Positions 1 to 9,500 of a DNA stretch of 56,529 bases are shown here, one piece after another; within the stretch, counting starts at the first letter, position 1; every line of letters starts with the position of its first letter. The position numbers and the translations under genes are program-made. Where the stretch lies: contig CALLUQ010000126.1 of NCBI GenBank assembly GCA_938010565.1, positions 1-56,529 on the forward strand. Reading direction: 5' to 3'. The DNA is from an uncultured Flavobacteriales bacterium. GTDB taxonomy: Bacteria; Bacteroidota; Bacteroidia; Flavobacteriales_D; CALLUQ01. The notes under the pieces were generated by a model. It searched no databases and was not told the origin of the DNA. It worked only from the letters and a program-made list of their open reading frames with translations.

Positions 1-11
1 ATCCCGGAAAA

Positions 12-797
12 GTGCTTATTGAAGATTATGAAAATGCCCTGTTTTACCACTATATCCAAGTTTGCACCACGGAAAATTGCTACCGTTTAACTAAAATCAC
101 CCGGCACCGCTTTCGCATTCAATTTTTTTATACCCCTTCCGGGAGATTACAACGCATTATCGACTCCGGAAACCGGACCCTGCGCATTGAAAGAGACGAT
201 TTGCAGCGCATCGTAGCCGTAAAACAAATCCACGACACCCAACCCGACAAAACCCTGGTGCGTTACGCCTACGATGAGGAAGGCCATTTATCTGTGGTTT
301 ACGATGCGATGGATCAGGAAACCAACTACCTGTATGCTCACGGTTTGCTTTCTCGCAGAACCGACCGCAACGGAAACACCCAACACTGGGAACATGAAAA
401 CAAAACAGCATACCCCAAATGCATTGCCCGGTGGCACAACAAAAGAAAACACTACGCCGAAACTTTTTCCTACCAAAAAGGAAAAACCCTCGTTACCGAT
501 GCTGAGGGCAACACCACCACCCACCATTATAAAAACGACGAGATCACCCAAGTAACCGACCCGCTAGGCCACAGCGAATACTGGGAATATAACATAGACG
601 GTTGGGTGATGCGCTATACCGACAAAGCCGGCGGACATACCTACTACGGCTACGACGATTATGGGAACCAGACTTCCATACGCCGGCCCAACGGCGGCAA
701 CATCGGTTTTATTTACGAAAACAACCGGCCGGTGCTGGCCAAAAATGCGGTCTGGATCTGGAAATACCCAACTCTCTCGCAAGCGTCTCGCTTGTGA
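12..797 (+). pseudogene. Rhs/YD-repeat protein fragment (5' piece); frame is closed by an inserted repeat element
   Basis: YD-repeat strings (LVRYAYDEEGHLSVVYDAMD, VTDAEGNTTT, QVTDPLGH, YYGYDDYGNQTSIRRPNGG). The last residues (YPTLSQASRL*) are encoded by the repeat starting at 765. The true 5' end probably lies outside the window. Confidence 0.85.
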
Positions 798-944
798 GAT
801 GATAGCTATGCCGTTCCAAACAAATGATTGAAAAAATACCATTGGGCTAGTGAGATCATAAATAGTGTTCCAAGCGGACGCTTGAAACAGATACGGTAGG
901 AAGCATGGCCAATACCTTCAAATAGTTACCTGTACCTTATGAGC
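765..944. repeat. ~180-bp element, copy 1, with two inverted REP-like hairpins
   Basis: Near-identical to 972-1153 (about 7 substitutions plus a 2-nt indel by eye). Hairpins CTCGCAAGCG-tct-CGCTTGTGAG (776-798) and GTTCCAAGCG-ga-CGCTTGAAAC (867-888). Confidence 0.9.
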
Positions 945-971
945 CCCAATGGCGGTTCCATTGGTTTTATT

Positions 972-1153
972 TACCCAACTTTCTCGCAAGCGTCTCGCTT
1001 GTGAGATGATCGCTATGCCGTTCCAAGCAAATGATTGAAAAAATACCATTTGGCTAGTGAGCTGTCATAAATAGTGTTCCAAGCGGACGCTTGAAACAGA
1101 TACGGTAGGAAGCATGGCCAACACCTTCAAATAGTTACCTTTACCTTATGAGC
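972..1153. repeat. ~180-bp element, copy 2
   Basis: Direct repeat of 765-944 with hairpins at 983-1005 and 1076-1097. Ends in TACCTTTACCTTATGAGC, which supplies the ATG at 1148. Confidence 0.9.
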
Positions 1154-1522
1154 AAAGTAACCGACGCCAACGGCCTCGAAACCACGTTTGCCTACAATGC
1201 CGAAAACGTGTTGGAAAAAGTAACCCAACCCAACGGAGAAACCACCCGGTGGGGTTACAACGACCAGGGTCAGTTACTCAACGCCGAAAGCAGTCAGGAA
1301 ACCGCCGTGTTGTACCAGTACGATGGGCTGGGAAGACCCACCCGGATCAAGACGTTGGACAACAACATAGTATACCTTGATTACGACGGCGAAGGCAATG
1401 TGATCCAAGCAAAAGACGACCACCACCGCGTAGAATTTGCGTACAACGGAACCGGAAAACTGCTCCGTAGAACCGAAAAAAACACCCAAATCCAATTTGC
1501 CTATACCCCCGCTACTAAATAA
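1148..1522 (+). pseudogene. Rhs/YD-repeat protein fragment (3' piece, truncated)
   Basis: YD repeats (KVTDANGLETTFAYNAEN, WGYNDQGQLL, YQYDGLGRPT, LDYDGEGNV). It stops against the convergent GT2 gene with no Rhs core end or toxin tip. Confidence 0.8.
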
Positions 1523-2384
1523 TGCGATAATTCTGGTATTCGCCTATGGCCCAGCCGGTTTTATCTTTCACCCATTTCTTAAAGCGTTGTTTGGCGGGTA
1601 AACGACGGAGAGCAGGGTCGAAACTAAATTTCCAGTTCATTTGTTCTACTCGTTTTTGCATCACCTGCGGATGGGTGCCATCGAAGCGTTTCAAAGCATC
1701 CACATTGCTGTAATCGAACTCATCCAGTTTACTCACATTTTTATCCACCCAATCGTCGTCGTGCCACAACTTATTAAAGGTTTTTTGCTTGGCTTGTTGA
1801 TGCCGGGGATCTTTTACCCAGCCATAATGGTAAATGAAAGCTGCCAGTTGTTTCACCCGGAGCGGGCGGCTGGCTTTCCGGAACCCTTGTGCATCCCGAA
1901 AGGAGTAAATGGCCGTATCGTTTCGGATGATGCGTACTTCTTTGGGATACCACCGGGGCGAATCCCCGATAAAATCATACGACCCGTAAAAATGCCGGTA
2001 GTGAAACAACAACCCTTCCACACGCTTATCGTTGAGCCATTGTTCCATTCCGCTGCGAATAACGGGAATGAAACTTTCGTGGAGAATTTCGTCGCCCTGG
2101 ATGTAAAATGCCCAATCGGCATCAGGACTGATCGCCGCTTTGGCTTTATTGGTTTCTGCCGCAAGCACCTTTCCGCCTTTGCGCAAGGCGTCGTCCCAAA
2201 CGGTTTCGATGATGCGTACTTTATCCGAAGGAATATTTTGGATCAATGCCAACGTTTCGTCGTCCGATTTTCCAACCGCAACCACTACTTCATCGCACAA
2301 TGGCAAAATAGATTGGATGGCCTCTACGATCGGATAATCGTAAAGCATGGCATTTCTTACAAGTGTAAATCCACTCACTTTCAT
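1515..2384 (-). CDS. Glycosyltransferase family 2 protein
   Basis: N-terminus MKVSGFTLVRNA..YDYP..EAIQSILPLCDEVVVAVG; QGDE (DxD-like) and YHYGWV motifs. Confidence 0.8.
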   Translation of the reverse strand: MKVSGFTLVRNAMLYDYPIVEAIQSILPLCDEVVVAVGKSDDETLALIQNIPSDKVRIIETVWDDALRKGGKVLAAETNKAKAAISPDADWAFYIQGDEILHESFIPVIRSGMEQWLNDKRVEGLLFHYRHFYGSYDFIGDSPRWYPKEVRIIRNDTAIYSFRDAQGFRKASRPLRVKQLAAFIYHYGWVKDPRHQQAKQKTFNKLWHDDDWVDKNVSKLDEFDYSNVDALKRFDGTHPQVMQKRVEQMNWKFSFDPALRRLPAKQRFKKWVKDKTGWAIGEYQNYRII

Positions 2385-2446
2385 GGCGCTGAGTTAAATA
2401 CGTTGTGATGGGAGGAAAAAAGGACAGCTCCCTTTCACCGAAACCC

Positions 2447-3799
2447 TCAGTGCAGCACAACCCCGGTATAATTCCATGGCGTAATGGCCTTTAATTCGGC
2501 TTTGATCGTGTCGTTTACCTCCAGTCCGTCAATAAATGTTGAGATCAACTCCTGATCTACCTGATGGTGGGTGCGGGTAAGTGCTTTTAACGTTTCGTAC
2601 GGATTGGGATAGCCTTCACGGCGTAAAATGGTTTGGATCGCTTCTCCCACTACAGCCCAGTTTGCTTTGAGATCGTTCATACATGCATCTTCGCACAATT
2701 CGAGCTTATTCAAACCTTTCAGCAAGGAATCATACCCCAGTACGGAATGGCCCAAAGGCACTCCCACATTCCGGAGAACGGTAGAATCGGTAAGATCGCG
2801 TTGCATTCTGGATACCGGCAGTTTTTCCGATAAATGCCCAAAAATGGCATTGGCCATGCCGAGGTTTCCTTCCGAATTTTCGAAATCGATCGGATTTACC
2901 TTGTGCGGCATAGCGGAAGATCCTATTTCTCCTTCTCTGATCTTCTGTTTGAAATAATTCATGGAAACATAGGTCCAGAAATCACGGTTCAGATCCACAA
3001 AAATGGTGTTGATGCGGCGAAAGGCATCAAAAAGCGAAGCCAGGTTATCGTAGTGTTCGATCTGGGTGGTGGTTTGAGAACGGTTTAACCCAAGCACATC
3101 ATTTACCAGATGGTTGCCAAAAGTTATCCAATCGTACTCCGGATAGGCAACAAAATGGGCATTGAAGTTTCCGGTGGCTCCGCCAAACTTGGCAGAGAAA
3201 GGAATGCTTTTGAGTTGGTCGATCTGTTTTTGAAGCCGTTCCGCAAATACATACACTTCTTTGCCCAAACGGGTAGGAGAAGCCGGCTGGCCATGCGTAC
3301 GTGCCAACATAGGCACCTCTTTCCATTGTTGCGCTAAAGAAAGGAGTTTAGCCAACACTTTTTCCAACGTCGGCAAACAAACCTGTATTACGGCATCTTT
3401 GATCGAATTGGGGATGGCCGTATTATTGATGTCCTGACTGGTGAGCCCAAAATGGATAAACTCTTTCGAATCCTGAAGCCCAAGTGCATCGAATTTTTCT
3501 TTGATCAGGTACTCCACCGCTTTTACATCGTGGTTGGTAACGTTTTCAATTTCTTTGATGCGCAAGGCCGCTTCAAGGTCAAATTCGGTATAAAGTTTAC
3601 GCAACTCATGGTATTGCTTTTTATCAAAGTCGGCCAACTGGGGCAAAGGCAATTCGCAGAGGGCAATAAAATATTCCACTTCGGTGATGATGCGGTATCG
3701 GATCAGGGCTGCTTCTGAAAAGTATCGGGCAAGTACTCCGGTGGTTCTGCGATATCGCCCGTCAATGGGCGAAATGGCGGTAAGCGGATTCAATTCCAT
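2447..3799 (-). CDS. purB: Adenylosuccinate lyase
   Basis: LTAISPIDGRY, TNHDVKAVEY, HFGLTSQDIN and the GSSAMPHKVNPIDFENSEGN signature. Start moved to ATG 3799, downstream of the promoter box. Confidence 0.97.
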   Translation of the reverse strand: MELNPLTAISPIDGRYRRTTGVLARYFSEAALIRYRIITEVEYFIALCELPLPQLADFDKKQYHELRKLYTEFDLEAALRIKEIENVTNHDVKAVEYLIKEKFDALGLQDSKEFIHFGLTSQDINNTAIPNSIKDAVIQVCLPTLEKVLAKLLSLAQQWKEVPMLARTHGQPASPTRLGKEVYVFAERLQKQIDQLKSIPFSAKFGGATGNFNAHFVAYPEYDWITFGNHLVNDVLGLNRSQTTTQIEHYDNLASLFDAFRRINTIFVDLNRDFWTYVSMNYFKQKIREGEIGSSAMPHKVNPIDFENSEGNLGMANAIFGHLSEKLPVSRMQRDLTDSTVLRNVGVPLGHSVLGYDSLLKGLNKLELCEDACMNDLKANWAVVGEAIQTILRREGYPNPYETLKALTRTHHQVDQELISTFIDGLEVNDTIKAELKAITPWNYTGVVLH

Positions 3800-3817
3800 C
3801 GAACATGAATTAAGCCT

Positions 3818-3825
3818 CAAAGTTA
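3818..3825 (-). promoter_or_regulatory. Bacteroidota sigma-A -7 box (TAACTTTG) for purB
   Basis: Exact TAnnTTTG match 19 nt upstream of ATG 3799. Confidence 0.65.
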
Positions 3826-3927
3826 GAAAATTAGGAAGGGGGTAAGCGGTTATTTCACAAAAGTTTTTCGATGCTTTTTCGTAGGCTGGTCTTCATTTTG
3901 TAAATTCAGCAACAGAACCCGAAAAAA

Positions 3928-4899
3928 ATGTTTTTAAAAGACCTCAAACTTGGTTTCGGCAGTTATGGAAAAGCCTGGAATTTCATATTCAGGAACGGGC
4001 TTTGGTATTTCTTTCTTTTCCCACTCATTATCTGGTGTATACTCTTCTGGCTGAGTTGGGAACTTGCAGACTCCATAGCCGATGTGATCGTGAATTATAT
4101 TTGCGGATGGATCGGTTGCCCGGAAGCTCAACCGGCCGAAAATCTACCTTGGTACAGTTGGCTTTGGGCTAAAATAGGAGGAGGATTGAGCTGGGGATTA
4201 AGACTAACGATAAAATTGAGCCTGAGTGTTTTTGGAGCCTGGTTAGCGAAGTACCTCACGCTTATTCTTTTATCTCCCATTCTGGCATGGCTTTCCGAAA
4301 AAGTTGAAAACGTGCTTACCGGCAACGACTATGCCTTCAGCTGGAAACAGCTTGTAAAGGACACCCAACGGGGTATTCTTTTGGCTCTCCGCAACATGTG
4401 CGTCGAATTTTTCTTCATTTTTCTGGCATGGATAATGGCTTTGGCCTTGCCCGGGCTGGGAAAATTACTGGCCATTCCCGTTTGGGTACTGGGTTGGTAT
4501 TTTATCGGCTTTTCCATGATGGATTATGTAAACGAACGCAGGCGTTTAAGCGTAAGAGAAAGTGTACGTTATGTGCGCAAACACAAAGGCTTGGCCATAG
4601 GGAACGGTTGGATGTATTCCATCATTACCGGTTTTGGATCTTTTCTGGAGATGCTTCCTTTGGCGGTGTTGGCCGGACCGGTGAGTTTAATGTTTGCACC
4701 TGTTCTGGCTTGTGTAGCGGCTACACTTGCCATACACCAACTCGAAGGGTTGGAAAACAATCCGCATGCCATCAATCCCAACCGGTTTCGGCAACAAGGG
4801 CCCGGAACCAATCCTCAGGACCAGGCCGGAAACAAGCCGTACCCGAAACCTCCGGCTGCTCCGAAAGGTACCACTCCACCTCCTTTCAACTCCTTATAA
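3928..4899 (+). CDS. EI24/CysZ-like membrane protein with Pro-rich C-terminal tail
   Basis: Hydrophobic helices and motifs KYLTLILLSPILAWLSEKVE and YFIGFSMMDYVNERR..S.RES..YVRKHKGLAIGNG, typical of EI24-domain proteins. Confidence 0.75.
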   Translation: MFLKDLKLGFGSYGKAWNFIFRNGLWYFFLFPLIIWCILFWLSWELADSIADVIVNYICGWIGCPEAQPAENLPWYSWLWAKIGGGLSWGLRLTIKLSLSVFGAWLAKYLTLILLSPILAWLSEKVENVLTGNDYAFSWKQLVKDTQRGILLALRNMCVEFFFIFLAWIMALALPGLGKLLAIPVWVLGWYFIGFSMMDYVNERRRLSVRESVRYVRKHKGLAIGNGWMYSIITGFGSFLEMLPLAVLAGPVSLMFAPVLACVAATLAIHQLEGLENNPHAINPNRFRQQGPGTNPQDQAGNKPYPKPPAAPKGTTPPPFNSL

Positions 4900-4906
4900 A
4901 CAACGC

Positions 4907-5785
4907 ATGGTATTGGCCCGGTTTTTTAAAGATCTGATCACTGGCTTGGGAATGTGTTTTTATTCCGTTGAATTTATTTTTAAGAACCGGTTGTGGCCTT
5001 ATTTCCTGTATTCGGCTTTGGTAGCAGGGGTTTGTATCTGGCTCGGGTTTTATGTGTCGCAAGATGCCCTTGATCATCAGATCCCGGATGCTGCACGCGG
5101 TGATGTACTGTCGCTCACCTGGGAAGTTGGCAAATGGTTTGCCCGACTTGTTTTACTGATCATGCTGCTGAAATTGAATAAATACATTGTGCTGGTCCTT
5201 TTACCGCCTGTGCTGGCCAAAGCTTCCGAACGTACCGAATACCTGATTGCAGGAACAAAATATAAGTTCAACCTCCGCCAGTTTCTGAACGATATTAAGC
5301 GTAGTTTGAAAATTGCAGGCACCAACTTTTTGTGGGAAGCCGGGTTGTTGTTGTTGTTCATGTTTATTGCGCTCATTTTTGGTTCGCTAAAACCATTGTA
5401 CCCCTATTATAGTTTTGTGATCGGGTTTTACTTTTACGGGTTCTCCATGTTGGATTACTCCCTGGAAAGAAGGCGCTTAAGCATGGAAGAAAGCAAGCGT
5501 TTCATTCGTCACCATATGGGGTTGGCCGTAGCCATCGGATTGGTTTATTCTGCCCTTTTTCTTCTGCACCTTGACTTTGGTTGGTTTACGGATCATCCGA
5601 CTTTGAAGAATCTGGATGTGAACATTGGTGTAATATTTGCCCCTGTTATTTGTGTGGTGGCTGCAACCAGATCGGTCCATAAACGGGTAGATCTGAGTAC
5701 CAATCCGTATGCCAACCCAACCGGGAGTAGAGCAGAAACACCCCGCTCATCCTCTTTAACAACGAACCCTGAGGCAGAATCATGA
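4907..5785 (+). CDS. EI24/CysZ-like membrane protein, tandem paralog
   Basis: Same motifs (KYIVLVLLPPVLAKASERTE; YFYGFSMLDYSLERRR). ATG 4907 aligns with the start of the paralog. Confidence 0.75.
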   Translation: MVLARFFKDLITGLGMCFYSVEFIFKNRLWPYFLYSALVAGVCIWLGFYVSQDALDHQIPDAARGDVLSLTWEVGKWFARLVLLIMLLKLNKYIVLVLLPPVLAKASERTEYLIAGTKYKFNLRQFLNDIKRSLKIAGTNFLWEAGLLLLFMFIALIFGSLKPLYPYYSFVIGFYFYGFSMLDYSLERRRLSMEESKRFIRHHMGLAVAIGLVYSALFLLHLDFGWFTDHPTLKNLDVNIGVIFAPVICVVAATRSVHKRVDLSTNPYANPTGSRAETPRSSSLTTNPEAES

Positions 5786-5811
5786 AAGGTTTTGCTGAAC
5801 GATGAATAATG

Positions 5812-5819
5812 TATATTTG
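5812..5819 (+). promoter_or_regulatory. -7 box TATATTTG
   Basis: TAnnTTTG match 19 nt upstream of ATG 5838. Confidence 0.55.
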
Positions 5820-5837
5820 AGAATACTGGCTTCACCT

Positions 5838-7493
5838 ATGAAAACAACGACACAAAACAAGCTAATTAAGAGTTTTCTCTCTTTAGGATTGGTCTTATTC
5901 TGTTGCGTTGCAATGGCTTTTGAGCCCTTCGCAACAGATACCACCAAAGGGCTGATAAGCAAAGGGAAACTTCAGGTAGCCATGGCCAATGCAAGAGCCC
6001 GGTTTTTAGAGGGAGATGCACGTGGAGCTTTACTACTCTATCGCCATATCTTGATCAACCATAAAAAAAATGCGGTGGTCCATTTTCGCATAGCAGAATG
6101 CCATCATCAATTGGGAAACTTTAAAAGGGGGCTGGAGAGCTTAAAAAAAGCCAACCGGATCGATTCGGCTGCACACAAAGAAATGGACTACATATACGGG
6201 CTGATCTACCACCGTTTGGAGGAGCTAGATCTTTCTTTAAAGCATTATGAGAAGTTTTTGGCCGCTCTGGAAGGGAACAAAAAAAAGATAGAAGAATTTC
6301 AGGTGGTACGCTATATCGAGCAGGTAAAAACAGCCGGAATGCTGATGGAAAAACCGGTCGATGTTACCATAAAAAGCATGGGTAAAAGCATCAACTCAAG
6401 GTATCCGGAGTACCACCCTACGCTTGCTCCCGATGGAAGATCCATTTATTTCACAGGCCGTCGTCCGGATGGTAAAGGAGGCCGAAAAAGCAGTTTTGAT
6501 TTTAAATATTATGAAGACATTTACAGATCGGATTGGGATGAAACTGCCCAAACATGGAGTACACCCGAACAAGTTGAAAAAGTGAATACCGACGACTGGG
6601 ATGCTGTCAATGCCATCACCATGGATGGAGAATACCTTTATATGTCGCAGAACATCTATAAATACACCAAAAGTACGGATATCACGTATACCCGTAAATC
6701 CAGTTCGGGGAAATGGGGCAAACCCAAAAAACTCGGCAAAACCATCAATACCACTTATTACGAAGGATCTGCCTCTATAACAGGCGATGGCAAAACGATG
6801 TTTTTCGTAAGTGAGCGCCCGGGTGGTCAGGGCCGTGCCGATATTTATAAGGTAGAGAAGATCAGCCGCCGTGAGTGGGGCGAACCTGTGAACCTCGGAC
6901 CATTGGTGAATTCTTCGGAAGATGAGAATTTTGTATTTGTACACCCGGGCGGAAAAATCATCTTTTTTGGTTCTAAAGGACACGATGGCATGGGAGGATA
7001 CGACATTTTTAAAAGCGAGTTAGTAGATGGAGCATGGACCCAACCTGTCAACCTCGGTTTTCCCATTAACACCACTGCCGATGATACCCATTTCAAAATT
7101 ACCGGTGATGGAACGATGGGATATTTTGCATCCAACCGCAACAACGGTTACGGAGAAACCGATATCTATACGGCCGACCTTGTAAAGTATCCGGTTCTTA
7201 AAGCAGAAATGGTGTACCGCACCCACGGTTGGGTTACAGGCTCCGTATCTCATGAGGACGGACAACCTGTACAGTGTACCATTCAGGTGTTTGATAAAAA
7301 GACAAAACGCCTTCTTTCGGAAGTAAAAACCAATGCACAAGGAGTTTACGAGGTAAAGCTGCCCGGAAATGCAAGCTATGAATTACGCACCAAAGCAAAG
7401 GAATTCAAGGCCGGTACGGAAGAAGTTGAACTCCGGCTTCATGAGGACAAAGAAACCCGCATTGCCCGAAACTTTATTGTAAAGAAACAATAG
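5838..7493 (+). CDS. TPR + PD40 beta-propeller + carboxypeptidase-regulatory-like domain protein (PorE-like architecture without OmpA domain)
   Basis: Signal peptide, TPR helices, PD40 repeats (INSRYPEYHPTLAPDG, NLGPLVNSSEDE, GMGGYDIF, NLGFPINT) and a C-terminal beta-sandwich (TNAQGVYEVKL). Confidence 0.75.
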   Translation: MKTTTQNKLIKSFLSLGLVLFCCVAMAFEPFATDTTKGLISKGKLQVAMANARARFLEGDARGALLLYRHILINHKKNAVVHFRIAECHHQLGNFKRGLESLKKANRIDSAAHKEMDYIYGLIYHRLEELDLSLKHYEKFLAALEGNKKKIEEFQVVRYIEQVKTAGMLMEKPVDVTIKSMGKSINSRYPEYHPTLAPDGRSIYFTGRRPDGKGGRKSSFDFKYYEDIYRSDWDETAQTWSTPEQVEKVNTDDWDAVNAITMDGEYLYMSQNIYKYTKSTDITYTRKSSSGKWGKPKKLGKTINTTYYEGSASITGDGKTMFFVSERPGGQGRADIYKVEKISRREWGEPVNLGPLVNSSEDENFVFVHPGGKIIFFGSKGHDGMGGYDIFKSELVDGAWTQPVNLGFPINTTADDTHFKITGDGTMGYFASNRNNGYGETDIYTADLVKYPVLKAEMVYRTHGWVTGSVSHEDGQPVQCTIQVFDKKTKRLLSEVKTNAQGVYEVKLPGNASYELRTKAKEFKAGTEEVELRLHEDKETRIARNFIVKKQ

Positions 7494-7685
7494 TTTTACG
7501 CTTTCCGGCCGGAAAATTCCGGTTTCGTCTCAAAAATGCAGAGGTCATCTTTGTTTTTGTAATGGCATATTCCATTCCGTCTGCCTTTGTCGGTTTATCA
7601 ACCTTATTATCTTCTTAACCGGAGCCCAATCCTTACCTTCTTTGTTTATACCGTTGATTATGTTAATCACAAACGTTTAGGGCCG

Positions 7686-8165
7686 TTACAACGTTTTTTC
7701 TTCATTTAAAAAGTGTACAATATCTTTTTCACAAATATCTTCGTATATTTTTTCAATTGCCTTATTCTTATCAGCGATGAATAAAACACTTTTTTCTATT
7801 TTACCATTCTGAATATTCAGCCCATAAAAACCTGCGATCTTCAAATCCAGCCCAACCAATAAGTCAACACTACGTTTTTGAACCATTTTGTTGATCTCTT
7901 CATTTACTATTTCATCGTTTATGCAAAAGCCGAGGGGGTTTTCTTTTGTTTTGAAAAAAATGTACACCTTGTCTTTATTTGATTCTTTTAAGGAAAAACG
8001 GGTGCCTTTGGAGGTATACCCTGTAAAACCGGGTAAAGTGTCGCCTATATTCAGATTTCCGACCTGAGTTAATGCTTTATTTCCAACACATGTTTCATCC
8101 ACATACCTTTCCGGTGTGCAAGAAAATGAAAAGAGGATAACGATATAAAGTATTCTTTTTTTCAT
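7686..8165 (-). CDS. Lipoprotein, possibly degenerate redoxin-like fold; candidate immunity protein
   Basis: MKKRILYIVILFSFS-C lipobox. LNIGDTLPGFTG..SKG..FSL resembles an AhpC/TSA N-terminus. Its start overlaps the upstream stop (ATGA). AT-rich. Confidence 0.6.
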   Translation of the reverse strand: MKKRILYIVILFSFSCTPERYVDETCVGNKALTQVGNLNIGDTLPGFTGYTSKGTRFSLKESNKDKVYIFFKTKENPLGFCINDEIVNEEINKMVQKRSVDLLVGLDLKIAGFYGLNIQNGKIEKSVLFIADKNKAIEKIYEDICEKDIVHFLNEEKTL

Positions 8166-8777
8166 CGGTTAAGAACTTCAACGATCCCTATACTGTTAAC
8201 TCCTTTCCTTGATATGATCAGGTGCTTATAGATCTGATCCCATTTATAAATATCCCTAACGGTAATACAGCCCAAAGAACCTTGCCCACAATGCAGGAAC
8301 CGATCTCCGGAATGTCCGATCCTAAACCATGTTTTTGCATATCTTGCCTGTCCGATGTAGGCATGGCCTTTGGGGTGAGGCTCGTAAGGAATTTCAATAT
8401 CATGGAGCCCTGTCGGAGGAGGGTTATCATCTTTTGTAAAAGCGTCAAACTCTCCCAGCCCAACAATTTCCAATTTTTCGGGTTTTGTGTAAAATTTCAC
8501 CTTAGCGGAACCTCTGTACGGATGGCCCCTGGCGAATATCGCTTTCAAAAAAAGAACCATCCCAATCACTCCATGTCCATCCCTTTTTTTTCACCGATGC
8601 TTTTTTACCTCTGAAACGGCCTTCCAATATTTCACATTCTTCCCTGCTTCCCGATTTAATTACATGAACTTTTAAGAACTCAGGTAATGGCCAGATAAGC
8701 GTATTATTTAATTTTACTTTTAACCAGCCGTTACCACCTAATTTTTCGATATAGCCAAAATATGATTCGTAACCCAT
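8162..8777 (-). pseudogene. Frameshifted gene with L,D-transpeptidase-like (DUF2778/Tlde1-type) H..S.GC motif
   Basis: ORFs 8502-8777 and 8162-8569 overlap in different frames; deleting one base gives one 204-aa ORF. The C-terminal part has PPTGLHDIEIP..WFRIG..RFLHCGQGSLGCITV. Confidence 0.55.
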
Positions 8778-8933
8778 AACATTTCTATTGAACTAATATA
8801 CGAATTACGAGTGTCTTAGAAGTATAAAGCCAGCCTCATCCCTTTTACCGCGTAAAAGAAGGGCGTACTTTACCGAAAACTTACCTGCCGGCCATGCTAC
8901 TTTAAATGCATGTTCTGATCTTGCTGTTCCGGC

Positions 8934-9458
8934 CTACCGGTCGTTGGCAGAAAGTGGTTTCCAATCCATACCTGCAAAAAAATCATCCAACCATGCTTCG
9001 TATTCCTTAAGCTTGGCTGGAGCCTGATACCGGTTTTTGATGCGTTTGTTTTGTTGGTATGCATGAACGGAAGTGATAACGACAGGCAGATCGGTCAACA
9101 TTTTGTTGTTGTAGGCATCGTTCATCTCAAAATAACCCGATGCTTTCGCTTTATCATAGATCTCCTGCATTTTATCCGGGCCGATCGTGGTATGGAATGT
9201 GCCTTCCTCAGCAACCCATTTAACGGCATCGTATACGACATACCCGCTTTTAAACACCCTGATCTTGTAAATCGGGCAAGTGCCAAAACAAGGTTGCCTT
9301 TCAATGGAAGCAAAGAGGGTATCGCCGGGAATGGCGTTGGCGAAGTTGGCGTAAGGATCTTTCCGAAAACCGTTGTGCGTCTTTTTAACTCCTTTACAGC
9401 CCTGGAGCATGGCTACACTGGCAACCATAAACGCAAAAAGAAAGAAAGTACGTTTCAT
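8934..9458 (-). CDS. Lipoprotein, DUF6438-like
   Basis: Lipobox LQGC; SIERQPCFGTCPIYKIRVFKSG and TDLP motifs. Confidence 0.7.
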   Translation of the reverse strand: MKRTFFLFAFMVASVAMLQGCKGVKKTHNGFRKDPYANFANAIPGDTLFASIERQPCFGTCPIYKIRVFKSGYVVYDAVKWVAEEGTFHTTIGPDKMQEIYDKAKASGYFEMNDAYNNKMLTDLPVVITSVHAYQQNKRIKNRYQAPAKLKEYEAWLDDFFAGMDWKPLSANDR

Positions 9459-9500
9459 AAGCTGGAATTCAGAGGGCAAAAGCAAATTCCGGGCCGCAAT

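Noticed and set aside
765-1153. Repeat-spacer-repeat read as a CRISPR array
   Set aside because: The repeats are ~180 bp, there are only two, no cas genes are present, and the spacer is Rhs-derived.
1641-2408. 255-aa + strand ORF, and similar long antisense ORFs over holA, the TPR gene and the TonB receptor
   Set aside because: These are shadows of well-supported genes on the opposite strand.
4727-4906. N-terminal extension of the second EI24-like ORF
   Set aside because: It overlaps the first paralog; ATG 4907 aligns with the paralog start.
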